Part shown: piece after piece, positions 49,326-58,549 of the stretch
Numbering within the stretch: position 1 is the stretch's first letter
How the letters are laid out: every line of letters begins with the position of its first letter
Assembly (NCBI GenBank): GCA_018830005.1
Contig: JAHJTE010000001.1
Span: 193,332 to 257,331 of the forward strand
DNA: 64,000 nt
Direction: 5' to 3'
Source of the DNA: Candidatus Omnitrophota bacterium
GTDB taxonomy: Bacteria > Omnitrophota > Gorgyraeia > JAHJTE01
The notes under the pieces: model-generated
Seen by the model: the letters and a program-made list of their open reading frames with translations, nothing else
Told to the model about the DNA's origin: nothing
Database searches by the model: none
Translations under genes and position numbers: made by a program

Positions 49326-50427
49326 CCCCTTTGATTATACAATAGGCTTAAAGATAAAAAATATAGAGGCGGCCTTAAGGGATAGGGAATTTCAAAATAG
49401 CACCTGTGAATCTTTCCCTGCATCTTTAACCATTGCAGATACTACAAGATGTAATCTAGACTGTATAATGTGTCATCACCATTTGGCCAAGACATATACA
49501 AAGTCTGCAAGCAATATTAATATGGATTTTAATCTATTTTCGAAGATTGCCAAAGAGACATTTCCCCATATTAACCTTGTTAGTTTAAGTGTATCTGGAG
49601 AACCTTTCATTAATCCAAATTTTTCTAAAGAGTTAGAGTTAATCGCTTTCCACAAGGTTAAGTTAGGTATTATTACTAACGCCACACTCATGCCAAAAGG
49701 CGATAGCCTAAGGAGACTTGTTAATAATCTCTCTAGTATAATTGTTTCTATTGATGCTGCTAGCAAGAAAACTTACGAGGCTATAAGAAAAGGCGCTAGA
49801 TTCCAACAGGTTATCGATAACGTCAAGCGGCTTAATAGGGCAAGACTAAAATTCAGTAAAAGTTTTAGACCCAAGCTTATCTTCTGGCTAGTTTTGATGA
49901 GGAAAAATATTGAAGAGTTATCAGAATATGTGCGCTTAGCTCATGCTCTTAAGGCAGACGGGATAGGACTGGTCCACATGTCAATACATCATGAGAAATT
50001 AAAAAAAGAATCATTGATTTACCACAAGCGATTGACGAATCGCTGCTTAAAGGCAGCAAGAAAGCTAATAGATAGTTTTGGCATTGAAGTCTATAATATT
50101 GCACCTTTGTTTTCTTTTGGTAGGACACCCATTAAAAAGAGCTATTATACTTTAAACAAGAGACCTTGTAAATTTCCTTGGCGGGAGGCATTTATTGAAG
50201 TAAATGGTGATGTTTATCCTTGTTGTGCTCCGGACAAAAGTGGTTTATTGATGGGTAATGTTAGAGAGCAGACGTTTAGACAGATTTGGAATGGCAGGCG
50301 CTATCGATTATTGCGAACCAGCTTTAAAAACGGCAATCTATTTGCTCCTTGCAAGAACTGTTACCAAAGATTAAAAGATTATACCTCAGATATCAGCGGT
50401 ATCTATTTCCCGCCGCCTATTGCATGA
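49315..50427 (+). CDS. Radical SAM protein with short SPASM/Twitch tail (copy 2)
   Basis: CNLDCIMC, SGEP, PCKFPW...GDVYPCC...CKNC; paralog of 46986..48122. Confidence 0.9.
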   Translation: MKIDPFDYTIGLKIKNIEAALRDREFQNSTCESFPASLTIADTTRCNLDCIMCHHHLAKTYTKSASNINMDFNLFSKIAKETFPHINLVSLSVSGEPFINPNFSKELELIAFHKVKLGIITNATLMPKGDSLRRLVNNLSSIIVSIDAASKKTYEAIRKGARFQQVIDNVKRLNRARLKFSKSFRPKLIFWLVLMRKNIEELSEYVRLAHALKADGIGLVHMSIHHEKLKKESLIYHKRLTNRCLKAARKLIDSFGIEVYNIAPLFSFGRTPIKKSYYTLNKRPCKFPWREAFIEVNGDVYPCCAPDKSGLLMGNVREQTFRQIWNGRRYRLLRTSFKNGNLFAPCKNCYQRLKDYTSDISGIYFPPPIA

Positions 50428-52205
50428 AAATGTCAGAACAAATCCACAAAGAACAAGTCGCTAAAGACCTCCTTTATGAATCTATAAAAGATGGCAGGAA
50501 GCGATCTCTAAAGGTAATAGGTAGTTGTATGCATCCAGTGATACAGCCAGGGGATGAAGTATTTTTTGGAAAAAGAGAGAAGTTTAGATTCGGTGATTTA
50601 GTGGTTTACAGGCAAAGTCAGGGCTTTATTGTCCATAGGTTTATTAGAAAGGCAAAGGTTAATAACAAACTAGTTTTTATATTAAAGGCAGATAATCCCT
50701 CTGAACTTGAGGAATTCATCGGGCAGGATGAGATTATCGGCGTAGTTACTAAACTGAGACGTAACGGCAGGATTTTAATTATTGATACATTTGCAGGCAG
50801 ACTTACGAGTTTATTTTATTTCTGTCTGGCTAATTTAAATCTTGCTCAAAGTAGGCTAAAACAAAGGCATGAGCTCTTAGCTATTAAGGCACTGCCTGCT
50901 AGATTAAAGAGTATAATTTCTACTAAAGTCTTCAACCTAAAAGACGTTTTTGCCTTTGGGATAGTAGAGACTGAGCAAGATTCATTTTTGAAAGAAAGGA
51001 AGACATTAAAACTAGTCGCTAAAGATTCGCTTTGTAAGGATGAGGAAACGCAATTAATAGATTTATTGAAAAATGGCCTTGATTGGCAATACGTCCTAGA
51101 GAGAATTAAATGGAATTTTATCATACCTTTTTATATTCAAAAGCTAAAGAGTTTCGGCTGGGAGGAAGATTTATATAGAAGGAATCACTGTTTAGATTTA
51201 GAGAATATCCATAGACTTCAGCTTATACAGGATACAAAAACTAGGCTTATTCTAGACGGGGTATTAGGGGAATTTAATAAACATGGTATTAAGGTGCTCG
51301 TACTTAAAGGAGCTCATTTAGGAATAGAGGTTTATGAGGACAGTTCCCAGCGCTGGATGGGAGATATTGATTTAATCTTGAGAATAGAAGATTGGTCTAA
51401 GGCATGCAAGATCTTAAATGATTTGGGTTTTGTGCTTGATTGGTTTTGTAAAGACTATAATATTTGGAGCATAAGATATCTAGATAATCATATTGACTTT
51501 CGCAAGCAAGGTATAAAATTAGAATTAAAAACAGGCATTTGGGCCATAGATTTTCCTTATTTCAATTATAGTCTTTGGCAAGATGCCAGATTAAAGAGGA
51601 TAGGAAAAGCAGATATATATTTTCCTTCCTATGAGGATACTCTTCTGATAGCCTGCGTTAATCTCGTTCGCCATAATTTCTCAGGATTAATCTGGTTCCT
51701 GGACACAAAAAAGATCGTTGATAAATTTAAAGACTCATTAGATTGGGATGTATTTTTAGATAAAGTCTCTAGATACGATTTAGGAACCGCAGTTTATTAC
51801 GGACTTTATTTAACTGATAAGTTATTTTCTTTAACATTACCCCCTGATTTGTTAGCTAAATTTAAGCCGCCTAGATTGGTGGATAAATTATTCAATTTCT
51901 TCTGGGATAGGAAAGCGATATTACTTGAAAAGGAAGGCCTTGTATTTAAGAACAAGGTGCCTTTTGAGTGCGCTTTTGTTTTATTCTGCGGCAAGTTTAG
52001 TTTTAGGCCTGAAAAATTTGTAAGATATGTAGTATATTTATTAAAGCTGATTTTTCCTCCCCAAGACTTTATCAGAGATAAATACAAGATTAAAGTCAAT
52101 CTAGTTAGCCTATCAAGATGTTATTTAGTTAGATTGTTTAGTTTTTTATCTACGTTGTTTAGTTTGCTCTTTGACTTATTTGCGGATAAAGACAGGCGAG
52201 CCTAA
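50424..52205 (+). CDS. S24/S26 peptidase-like domain fused to NTP_transf_5-type nucleotidyltransferase
   Basis: IGSCMHPVIQPGD...GDLVVY...IVHRF...KADN; LKGAHL...R.MGDIDLIL; ATG 50424 overlaps upstream TGA (ATGA). Confidence 0.82.
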   Translation: MKMSEQIHKEQVAKDLLYESIKDGRKRSLKVIGSCMHPVIQPGDEVFFGKREKFRFGDLVVYRQSQGFIVHRFIRKAKVNNKLVFILKADNPSELEEFIGQDEIIGVVTKLRRNGRILIIDTFAGRLTSLFYFCLANLNLAQSRLKQRHELLAIKALPARLKSIISTKVFNLKDVFAFGIVETEQDSFLKERKTLKLVAKDSLCKDEETQLIDLLKNGLDWQYVLERIKWNFIIPFYIQKLKSFGWEEDLYRRNHCLDLENIHRLQLIQDTKTRLILDGVLGEFNKHGIKVLVLKGAHLGIEVYEDSSQRWMGDIDLILRIEDWSKACKILNDLGFVLDWFCKDYNIWSIRYLDNHIDFRKQGIKLELKTGIWAIDFPYFNYSLWQDARLKRIGKADIYFPSYEDTLLIACVNLVRHNFSGLIWFLDTKKIVDKFKDSLDWDVFLDKVSRYDLGTAVYYGLYLTDKLFSLTLPPDLLAKFKPPRLVDKLFNFFWDRKAILLEKEGLVFKNKVPFECAFVLFCGKFSFRPEKFVRYVVYLLKLIFPPQDFIRDKYKIKVNLVSLSRCYLVRLFSFLSTLFSLLFDLFADKDRRA

Positions 52206-52206
52206 T

Positions 52207-53127
52207 TTATAGCAATTTGCCTAGAAGCCTGGGGATTTCTCTAATCTGATCTAGGCTATAAGAAAGGGCATAGGATCTTGCCTGGTAGGCGAGTCGACAG
52301 AGATTCTGTATTTGGTGTTGGCGGATAATTATGTTTTTTTCCTCAGGAAGACTATTTACCTTATCATAGGCTAAAATAGTAAAACTTTCTTTTGTCTTCA
52401 ACTTTTTTAATTCAGGCGGCCGCAGGGGATTGTCAGATTGACAAATGAATAGTATTACGCCTAAGCATGCGCGTTCAGCCGGCTTAGCCGGGAAATACTC
52501 TTGTGCATAAAAAGAGGTAGCAATTTTTCTTCCTTCATTTAATGTAAGGAATTTTAGAGATTGTTTATCTAATTTCATTTTAAGAGGAAAGGAGAGTATT
52601 CTATCTTCGTGCAGGATAGCAAATTCATCTGAAAGAAAATTATAACCTTTATCTATAAGGGCTGCGGCTAAGGTGCTTTTGCCCATACCGGGACCGCCAC
52701 AGATAAGCAGGGCCTTATTCTTTTTAGATACTACTGCCGAATGTATTAAGGATATATTGTGATATGCCAATATTCGCCGTAAGGGCGAGATTATTGTTAA
52801 GTGCAGCAGGTTTTCTATTGTTAAACTGGAGGGGTAGAGCAGCTTGGCGTTGATTTTATTCTCTTTGGGATTGGCCTCAAGCGATATATTTTTTATCCAA
52901 CAATCAAGAGAAAAGTTCTCATCTTTTAGGCCAGCAACGTCAGAACGCCCATTTTTAAACGCCTTATTTTTAACAGAGAGATTTAGATCAATTTCTATAT
53001 ATTTGTTATAACTGCGGAATTTTGGAAATTTCAGTTCTTCGCAAAAGGCGTTAAACAGAGATTGGCAGTCAGACTTAAAATTTAATTTGATGTTATGTAG
53101 ATATATATTTTTTGAATAGGTTTGCAT
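52207..53127 (-). CDS. HPr kinase-related P-loop protein
   Basis: LIHSAVV, GGPGMGKST, FLSDE. Confidence 0.82.
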   Translation of the reverse strand: MQTYSKNIYLHNIKLNFKSDCQSLFNAFCEELKFPKFRSYNKYIEIDLNLSVKNKAFKNGRSDVAGLKDENFSLDCWIKNISLEANPKENKINAKLLYPSSLTIENLLHLTIISPLRRILAYHNISLIHSAVVSKKNKALLICGGPGMGKSTLAAALIDKGYNFLSDEFAILHEDRILSFPLKMKLDKQSLKFLTLNEGRKIATSFYAQEYFPAKPAERACLGVILFICQSDNPLRPPELKKLKTKESFTILAYDKVNSLPEEKNIIIRQHQIQNLCRLAYQARSYALSYSLDQIREIPRLLGKLL

Positions 53128-53434
53128 AGCTTAAATTGGTAATTAATTTTAACTTTTTTAATTGCCGCAAGAGTGTTAAGTAATCAGCCCCTGCCTTTTT
53201 GTAGCTTGTTTTGTGTTTTTTCATTAGGCATTTTATAATTTTTTCCGGAGATTTTTTTAATAGAAGGCCTTCTAGTATATCAAGGGAGGATTTTGTAGTA
53301 AAATTAAGTGATTTTAGGATGTCGGCGAAAGAATATTTGCTTTCATCTATGACTACAAAGACAAATTCATTGCATAGTTTTGCCCAGACAATTTTTTCAT
53401 GTTTTAGCTCGTATCTCTTTTTTAGCTCGTCCAT
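53093..53434 (-). CDS. Divergent PqqD/RRE-like protein
   Basis: Beta region (IVWAKLCNEFVFV) then three helices ending ADYLTLLRQLKKLKLI; GGGGTG RBS; overlaps kinase start. Confidence 0.65.
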   Translation of the reverse strand: MDELKKRYELKHEKIVWAKLCNEFVFVVIDESKYSFADILKSLNFTTKSSLDILEGLLLKKSPEKIIKCLMKKHKTSYKKAGADYLTLLRQLKKLKLITNLSYANLFKKYIST

Positions 53435-53513
53435 TTTTACACCCCTGTTGATAGCTAAATATTAACACAGTCAAAACCATAGGTCAATTGTTTAAGAAAT
53501 TTAGCAAAAGATT

Positions 53514-55286
53514 ATGTTTGATTCAGGCATAAACCAAGACAGGCTTAAATTAAAAGATGTAAAAGAAGGATTTAGGTTTTTTCTTCGTTTCAATAAATAT
53601 ATATTACGTTACTGGAAGATACAGCTGCCCATTCTGATTATAGGAAATGCAACAATGATGCTGGGTCTTGTTAATCCTTATATCGGGAAATTGATATTGG
53701 ATAAGGGCATCCTCGCCAGAAATTTTAATGTATTTATTCTCTTTACCATTATCTCTGTAACGATCTTTTTCATTTCTATTCTTTCAAACATTGCCTATGA
53801 TTATTTGAAAAATTATGCACTGGTTAATATTTCTATTGATCTTAATCGGGATGTATTTAGGAGGCTAAAAAAATATTCCTTGAGCCAATTGCAGATGAGC
53901 TCAACCGGTGTGCGTATCTTTCGTATAGTCAATGATATCGGCAATGCCTCCGAGGTTATCAATGTTACACTTGTACACATTATAAATTCAATTATTAAGA
54001 TGATTTTTATAACCGCTATCATAATATTTATTAACCCTCTTTTTTTGTTGATTATTATTGTTTATCAGTTTTTGGTTATTATCAGGATGAGATTTTTTGT
54101 TAAGTCTTTTGAGGAATTGAAAAAGATGAAGTTAAAAGCCGTTGAGAGGCTTTTTCATAGTCTTAATAATTTCTTCTCACATCTTTATCTTAGTAAGACC
54201 TTCGGCACCATGGGTAGGGAGATAGGAAGGTATATGCATAGCTTCTTTGAGCATATAAGGTTGCACATGAGAGGCGTACGTTTGGGGGCGATTGCTGGAT
54301 TTATATCCAGCATTTCTGATAAATTCTTCTTTGGGGCCTTAGCTTTTTACGGAGCATATCTTGTGATAAAGGGCGAGATAACCTTGGGCACAATGGGTGC
54401 GATGCTTGCCTATATTAGTCAGGGAGTAGGGGCATATACAGAGCTTACTAGTTTGTGCGAAAAACTGGTGTTTAACAAGATTTCTTTAGAGAGGGTAGCA
54501 AAGGTATTGGATGAACCACTTCCTGAAAATCTTCCTCAGAGAGGTGGAGTTAGGCCGCAAGATTTAAGGAGGATTGAATTTAGGCAGGTGAGTTTTGGAT
54601 ATCAAGCCAATAAAGAAATAATAAAAGGTTTAAATTTTAGTATCGAGGCTGGGTCTCATATTGGCCTGGTTGGCCATTCTGGTTGCGGCAAGACAACGCT
54701 GCTTAGCCTTATTTTAGGGCTTTATCCTGTTGAGAACGGTAAGATATTATTGGCTGATAGCCAGCTAGAGGCAATAGATTCTGCCTATCTTCTTTACAAT
54801 ATTGGCATAGTTTTGCAGGAGCCGTTTCTTTTTGATGACACTATCGCTTATAATATTTCCTATGCCTTAAATGAGGCTAGAGATAAAGATATTATTGAAG
54901 CAGCGAGGCTTTCTGATATCTATAGTTTCGTTAATTCTCTGCCTAAAAAATTTGATACAACTGTGGGAGAGAATGCCTACAGGCTTTCTCAAGGCCAAAA
55001 GCAGCGGATTGCTATCGCGCGTGCATTAATAAAAAGGCCGCAAATTTTAATTTTAGATGAAGCGATGTCTTCTCTTGATTCAGAAACAGAAAGCAAGATA
55101 ATCGCTAATATAAAAAACAAATTTTCCGATTCTACGATTATCTTGGTATCGCATAGATTGTCAGCTGTAAAGACAATGGATACAATTTATTATTTTAAAG
55201 GGCCGCATATTATGCACATAGGCTCGCATGATAAATTACTTGATGAGCTCTCTGATTATAGAGAATTCTTTAGAGAACAGATTTAA
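53514..55286 (+). CDS. ABC exporter, fused permease/ATPase
   Basis: TM domain; GHSGCGKTT, LSQGQKQRIAIARA, ILDEA, SHRL. Confidence 0.93.
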   Translation: MFDSGINQDRLKLKDVKEGFRFFLRFNKYILRYWKIQLPILIIGNATMMLGLVNPYIGKLILDKGILARNFNVFILFTIISVTIFFISILSNIAYDYLKNYALVNISIDLNRDVFRRLKKYSLSQLQMSSTGVRIFRIVNDIGNASEVINVTLVHIINSIIKMIFITAIIIFINPLFLLIIIVYQFLVIIRMRFFVKSFEELKKMKLKAVERLFHSLNNFFSHLYLSKTFGTMGREIGRYMHSFFEHIRLHMRGVRLGAIAGFISSISDKFFFGALAFYGAYLVIKGEITLGTMGAMLAYISQGVGAYTELTSLCEKLVFNKISLERVAKVLDEPLPENLPQRGGVRPQDLRRIEFRQVSFGYQANKEIIKGLNFSIEAGSHIGLVGHSGCGKTTLLSLILGLYPVENGKILLADSQLEAIDSAYLLYNIGIVLQEPFLFDDTIAYNISYALNEARDKDIIEAARLSDIYSFVNSLPKKFDTTVGENAYRLSQGQKQRIAIARALIKRPQILILDEAMSSLDSETESKIIANIKNKFSDSTIILVSHRLSAVKTMDTIYYFKGPHIMHIGSHDKLLDELSDYREFFREQI

Positions 55287-55304
55287 AAAGGTAGTTTTAA
55301 GATT

Positions 55305-56102
55305 ATGAAAATACGCTTATACATCGGATTATTACTTTTGAAAATTACCGAAACGTTCAATCTCATGGGCAGGATATTTAAAAATATTTTACTAGTAGTT
55401 CTCCTGCCTCAGGATCTAAGCAGCCTTAATAAATTAGCTTATAATAATAAGGGTAATCTAAATGCGCTCTCAAGTTTGGCAACGCGAGGGCTAAATGAAG
55501 GAGAGAAGGAATTAATTTCTAAATATTGTCTTAAGCCGGGTAAGTTTCTAGTCTTAGGCTGCGGTGCAGGCAGGGAAACTTATGCATTGGCAAAGATGGG
55601 TTTTGTTGTTACGGGTATTGATTTCGTAGAGACCTTGTTAGGAAAGGCAAGAGCTGTAGCAGAAGAAGAACAGTTGAGGATAGAATACATTAATAAAGAT
55701 ATTCTTTTATGGGCCGAGGAAGAGAGAAAAGAAAAATACGATTATATCCTTGTTTCAAATAATGTCTATCTGCAGATTCCTTCAAAAAAAATACGGATTA
55801 ATTTTCTTAATAGGGCGCTTAATAAATTATCTGATGATGGCCTTTTTATTGTAATTAATAACTGCATATCTGATCTTAAATACTCTAAAATTCAGTTTAA
55901 ATTAAAAAGGCTCTTGGCAAGAATCATGTTCGCAAATGTCGGAATAGAAGCAGGCGACTGGATACCAATTCGTCAATTCTTTCACCGGCCGCAAAATAAG
56001 AATGAATTTTTAACTGAATTTCAAGATAGCGAAGCCTTAATCTATGAGGTTAGAGAAGATAAGAATCTTATTTCGGTTTTGCTAAAACATTCAAATGGAT
56101 AA
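55305..56102 (+). CDS. Class I SAM-dependent methyltransferase
   Basis: LVLGCGAGRE, VTGIDF, YDYI, LSDDGLF. Confidence 0.88.
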   Translation: MKIRLYIGLLLLKITETFNLMGRIFKNILLVVLLPQDLSSLNKLAYNNKGNLNALSSLATRGLNEGEKELISKYCLKPGKFLVLGCGAGRETYALAKMGFVVTGIDFVETLLGKARAVAEEEQLRIEYINKDILLWAEEERKEKYDYILVSNNVYLQIPSKKIRINFLNRALNKLSDDGLFIVINNCISDLKYSKIQFKLKRLLARIMFANVGIEAGDWIPIRQFFHRPQNKNEFLTEFQDSEALIYEVREDKNLISVLLKHSNG

Positions 56103-58347
56103 GAAGTTAAAAGAAGACATTGAAGTTAATGAGAGAGGGCTAGAGGTCCCTTGTCAGGATAGCAAGCTTTCACAACTATGCTGTGAGTATTCTGATTTAC
56201 TGCCCTGTTGTAATGCCCTTATCCCAAGGGGAAAACGTTTTAGGGACCGGGCTAAAATATTATGGGGTAAGGTGAGTTTTCTAGACCTTTTTGAACTAAA
56301 GAAGGAACTTCTAAAAACAGATTATTTTAAATTTAAAACAACAAGTTGGTGCATGTTTCCAGTCTTAAAAAAAGGCGATACGTTAAAGATTGAATCTTGT
56401 AGTTTGAATGATTTAAAAATAGGTGAAATACCAGTTTATCGTAGAAATAATAGATTATATTCACATCGAATTGTGGATAAGCATATTCTAGAAGGAAAGG
56501 AGCGGATAATAACAAGACCAGATACAGCTAAGGTCAGGAAGGGCCTCTTGCAAGAAGAGCTAGAAGAGGAGGATTTATTAGGCAAAGTAAGGGAAGTAGA
56601 AAGAGACAAAAAGAGATTTCCTCTAGAAAAAAGGGAAGCTAATTTTTGGGAGAAATTCTTATACACCAGACATAAACTCTCCTTGGCTTTATTGAAATTA
56701 TTGTCTCGTGTTTCTATGAAAACTTTAACATGCATTCAATCTCTTTGGATTTATAGATGGTTAGGAAAAAAGCTAATTAAAAGATTGGAACCCAATATAG
56801 ATTTCCAACTCGCCACACCCTCAAGGCACAAGTTAGAAATATATGAATATACACCATTAGAAAAAAGAGATAATTTTCGACCAAGAGAATATAAAAATTT
56901 TCATATTATTATGAAATCAAAAGATACGCCTATAGGATGCATTACATTCTTGAACAGAGATAAGAATTGTCCATATACAGGTTTTTGGTTAGCTGAGCTG
57001 TGGATCAGGCTTAGATATAGAGGGCTGGGCCTGGAGTCGTTTTTAGTCAACAGAGCGCAAGATTTTTTAAGAGAACGCGACCTAGAGCACATTTCTTATC
57101 CAAGGCCTCCTGTTGTGCTAAAGCGTTCTTTTTTGAGGGCTCCGCTTTATTTTAACAGCCAGGAGTTATTGATTGTTTTATCCAAGGATAAAACAGATGA
57201 AGATCTGACTAAGAGGGCACTTAGCCTTATCAGGGCCGGAATTGATTGGGATGTATTTTACAAGTTAGTTATAGCCAGTGGCAAACCCGCGGCTATAATG
57301 AAACATATAAAGTTTTTAAGTGGTCTTGAGGCGGTTGGTCATTCTGCAATTGACAGATTAAAGGGAGCCTTCTTTGATACGATTGACTCTACTACACGAA
57401 ATCACAGGCAGTTATTGGATATACTCAAGGAGTTCTCAAAAGCAAAAATTAGCGTTATTCCTTTAAAAGGTACATATTTATCCCAAAGACTCTACGGAGA
57501 TATCTCACTGCGAGGAAAGAATCTAGATATTGATTTGTTGATAAAAGAGCAGGATATAGAGAGGGCAACGGCTTTATTGAAAGGATTAGGCTATAAAGAA
57601 AGACCAGAAGAAGAAATTAGCATCTGGCGTTGGCAGAAGACATTCTCTAAAGAAGGTTTTGCCTTTCTAGAGTTACAGTGGGATATTACAATGATGCTTA
57701 GAGACAGCCAGAGGATAGAAGGGTTATGGCAAAGCGCTGATAATGTCAAGATTCATTTAGAAGGAGTAGACTTGAATATTTGTCAATGGGACAATGAAGC
57801 GCTCCTTCTTTATCTTTGCGTAACTTTAATTAATAGTAGTGGTTATAGAGATTTAAGATATTTCTTTGATATTTTTCAATTGCTAGAGAACACAAGCACA
57901 TCTTTTGACTGGGGTGCTTTTATTAAAAAGGCTAGAAGATACAAGATTAATAATTCTGTATTTGCCAGCTTGCTAAAAGCAAATGAAATCCTGAATGCAA
58001 AAGTTCCCAAGCCTGTGTTAGAGGAGTTAAAGCCGTCTTTCTTAAAAGGAATATTAATACGTATTTTCTTAAGCCGGAGTGTGATATTTACTGATAATCT
58101 AAGAAGAAGGTTTATGGATAATTTTTTAAGTTATATCTTTTTTGAGCTGCTTGAGGCAAATTCAGCTAGAGATTACCTAAGGATCGTAAAAAGAGTAATG
58201 TTTCCGCCTCGGGAGCTTCTAGAGATTCGCTTTGATAATCCAGCTTCGGCAAGAATTAGTATTTCCTCAAATTGGCAATATTCTCTCTGCGTCCTAAAGA
58301 GGCTTTGTAAGTCTTTCAGTCTCATAGGGAGAATTCTTGTAAGATAA
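56095..58347 (+). CDS. S24/S26 peptidase-like + GNAT-like + nucleotidyltransferase tri-domain protein
   Basis: TSWCMFPVLKKGD...YSHRI; LWIRLRYRGLGLE (GNAT motif A); PLKGTYL...LDIDLLI. Confidence 0.78.
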   Translation: MDKKLKEDIEVNERGLEVPCQDSKLSQLCCEYSDLLPCCNALIPRGKRFRDRAKILWGKVSFLDLFELKKELLKTDYFKFKTTSWCMFPVLKKGDTLKIESCSLNDLKIGEIPVYRRNNRLYSHRIVDKHILEGKERIITRPDTAKVRKGLLQEELEEEDLLGKVREVERDKKRFPLEKREANFWEKFLYTRHKLSLALLKLLSRVSMKTLTCIQSLWIYRWLGKKLIKRLEPNIDFQLATPSRHKLEIYEYTPLEKRDNFRPREYKNFHIIMKSKDTPIGCITFLNRDKNCPYTGFWLAELWIRLRYRGLGLESFLVNRAQDFLRERDLEHISYPRPPVVLKRSFLRAPLYFNSQELLIVLSKDKTDEDLTKRALSLIRAGIDWDVFYKLVIASGKPAAIMKHIKFLSGLEAVGHSAIDRLKGAFFDTIDSTTRNHRQLLDILKEFSKAKISVIPLKGTYLSQRLYGDISLRGKNLDIDLLIKEQDIERATALLKGLGYKERPEEEISIWRWQKTFSKEGFAFLELQWDITMMLRDSQRIEGLWQSADNVKIHLEGVDLNICQWDNEALLLYLCVTLINSSGYRDLRYFFDIFQLLENTSTSFDWGAFIKKARRYKINNSVFASLLKANEILNAKVPKPVLEELKPSFLKGILIRIFLSRSVIFTDNLRRRFMDNFLSYIFFELLEANSARDYLRIVKRVMFPPRELLEIRFDNPASARISISSNWQYSLCVLKRLCKSFSLIGRILVR

Positions 58348-58461
58348 AAAGCCCAGCCCTCAAGACAGCTCTAAGATAAAAATGCTTTAATCTTCCTTGT
58401 TTTTAAGCAATGGGAGTTGTCAATAACCTATTATCTTGCCAAAGTTTGCGACAGAAAAACC

Positions 58462-58500
58462 TTGACACTTCTTGATAGCTAGATTAAACTTAAATATAAT
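58462..58500 (+). promoter_or_regulatory. Two overlapping sigma70 promoters (TTGACA-17-TAAACT; TTGATA-17-TATAAT)
   Basis: 58462-67/58485-90 and 58472-77/58495-500. Confidence 0.7.
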
Positions 58501-58549
58501 AGTGTAAGTATATTCAGGCCATTGAATATAAGTGAGGCTAGGAGCGCTA

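Noticed and set aside
50349-50423. Upstream extensions of track ORFs (50349, 14069, 20141, 22742, 45397, 58532)
   Set aside because: Downstream ATGs have better RBS or stop-start coupling and match family N-termini
36374-58347. Calling the cluster PQQ biosynthesis or a lasso peptide cluster
   Set aside because: No PqqB/PqqC or ExxxY PqqA peptide, and no asparagine-synthetase-like cyclase or transglutaminase-like B2 protease in the window; only the RRE and YxxP leader are shared
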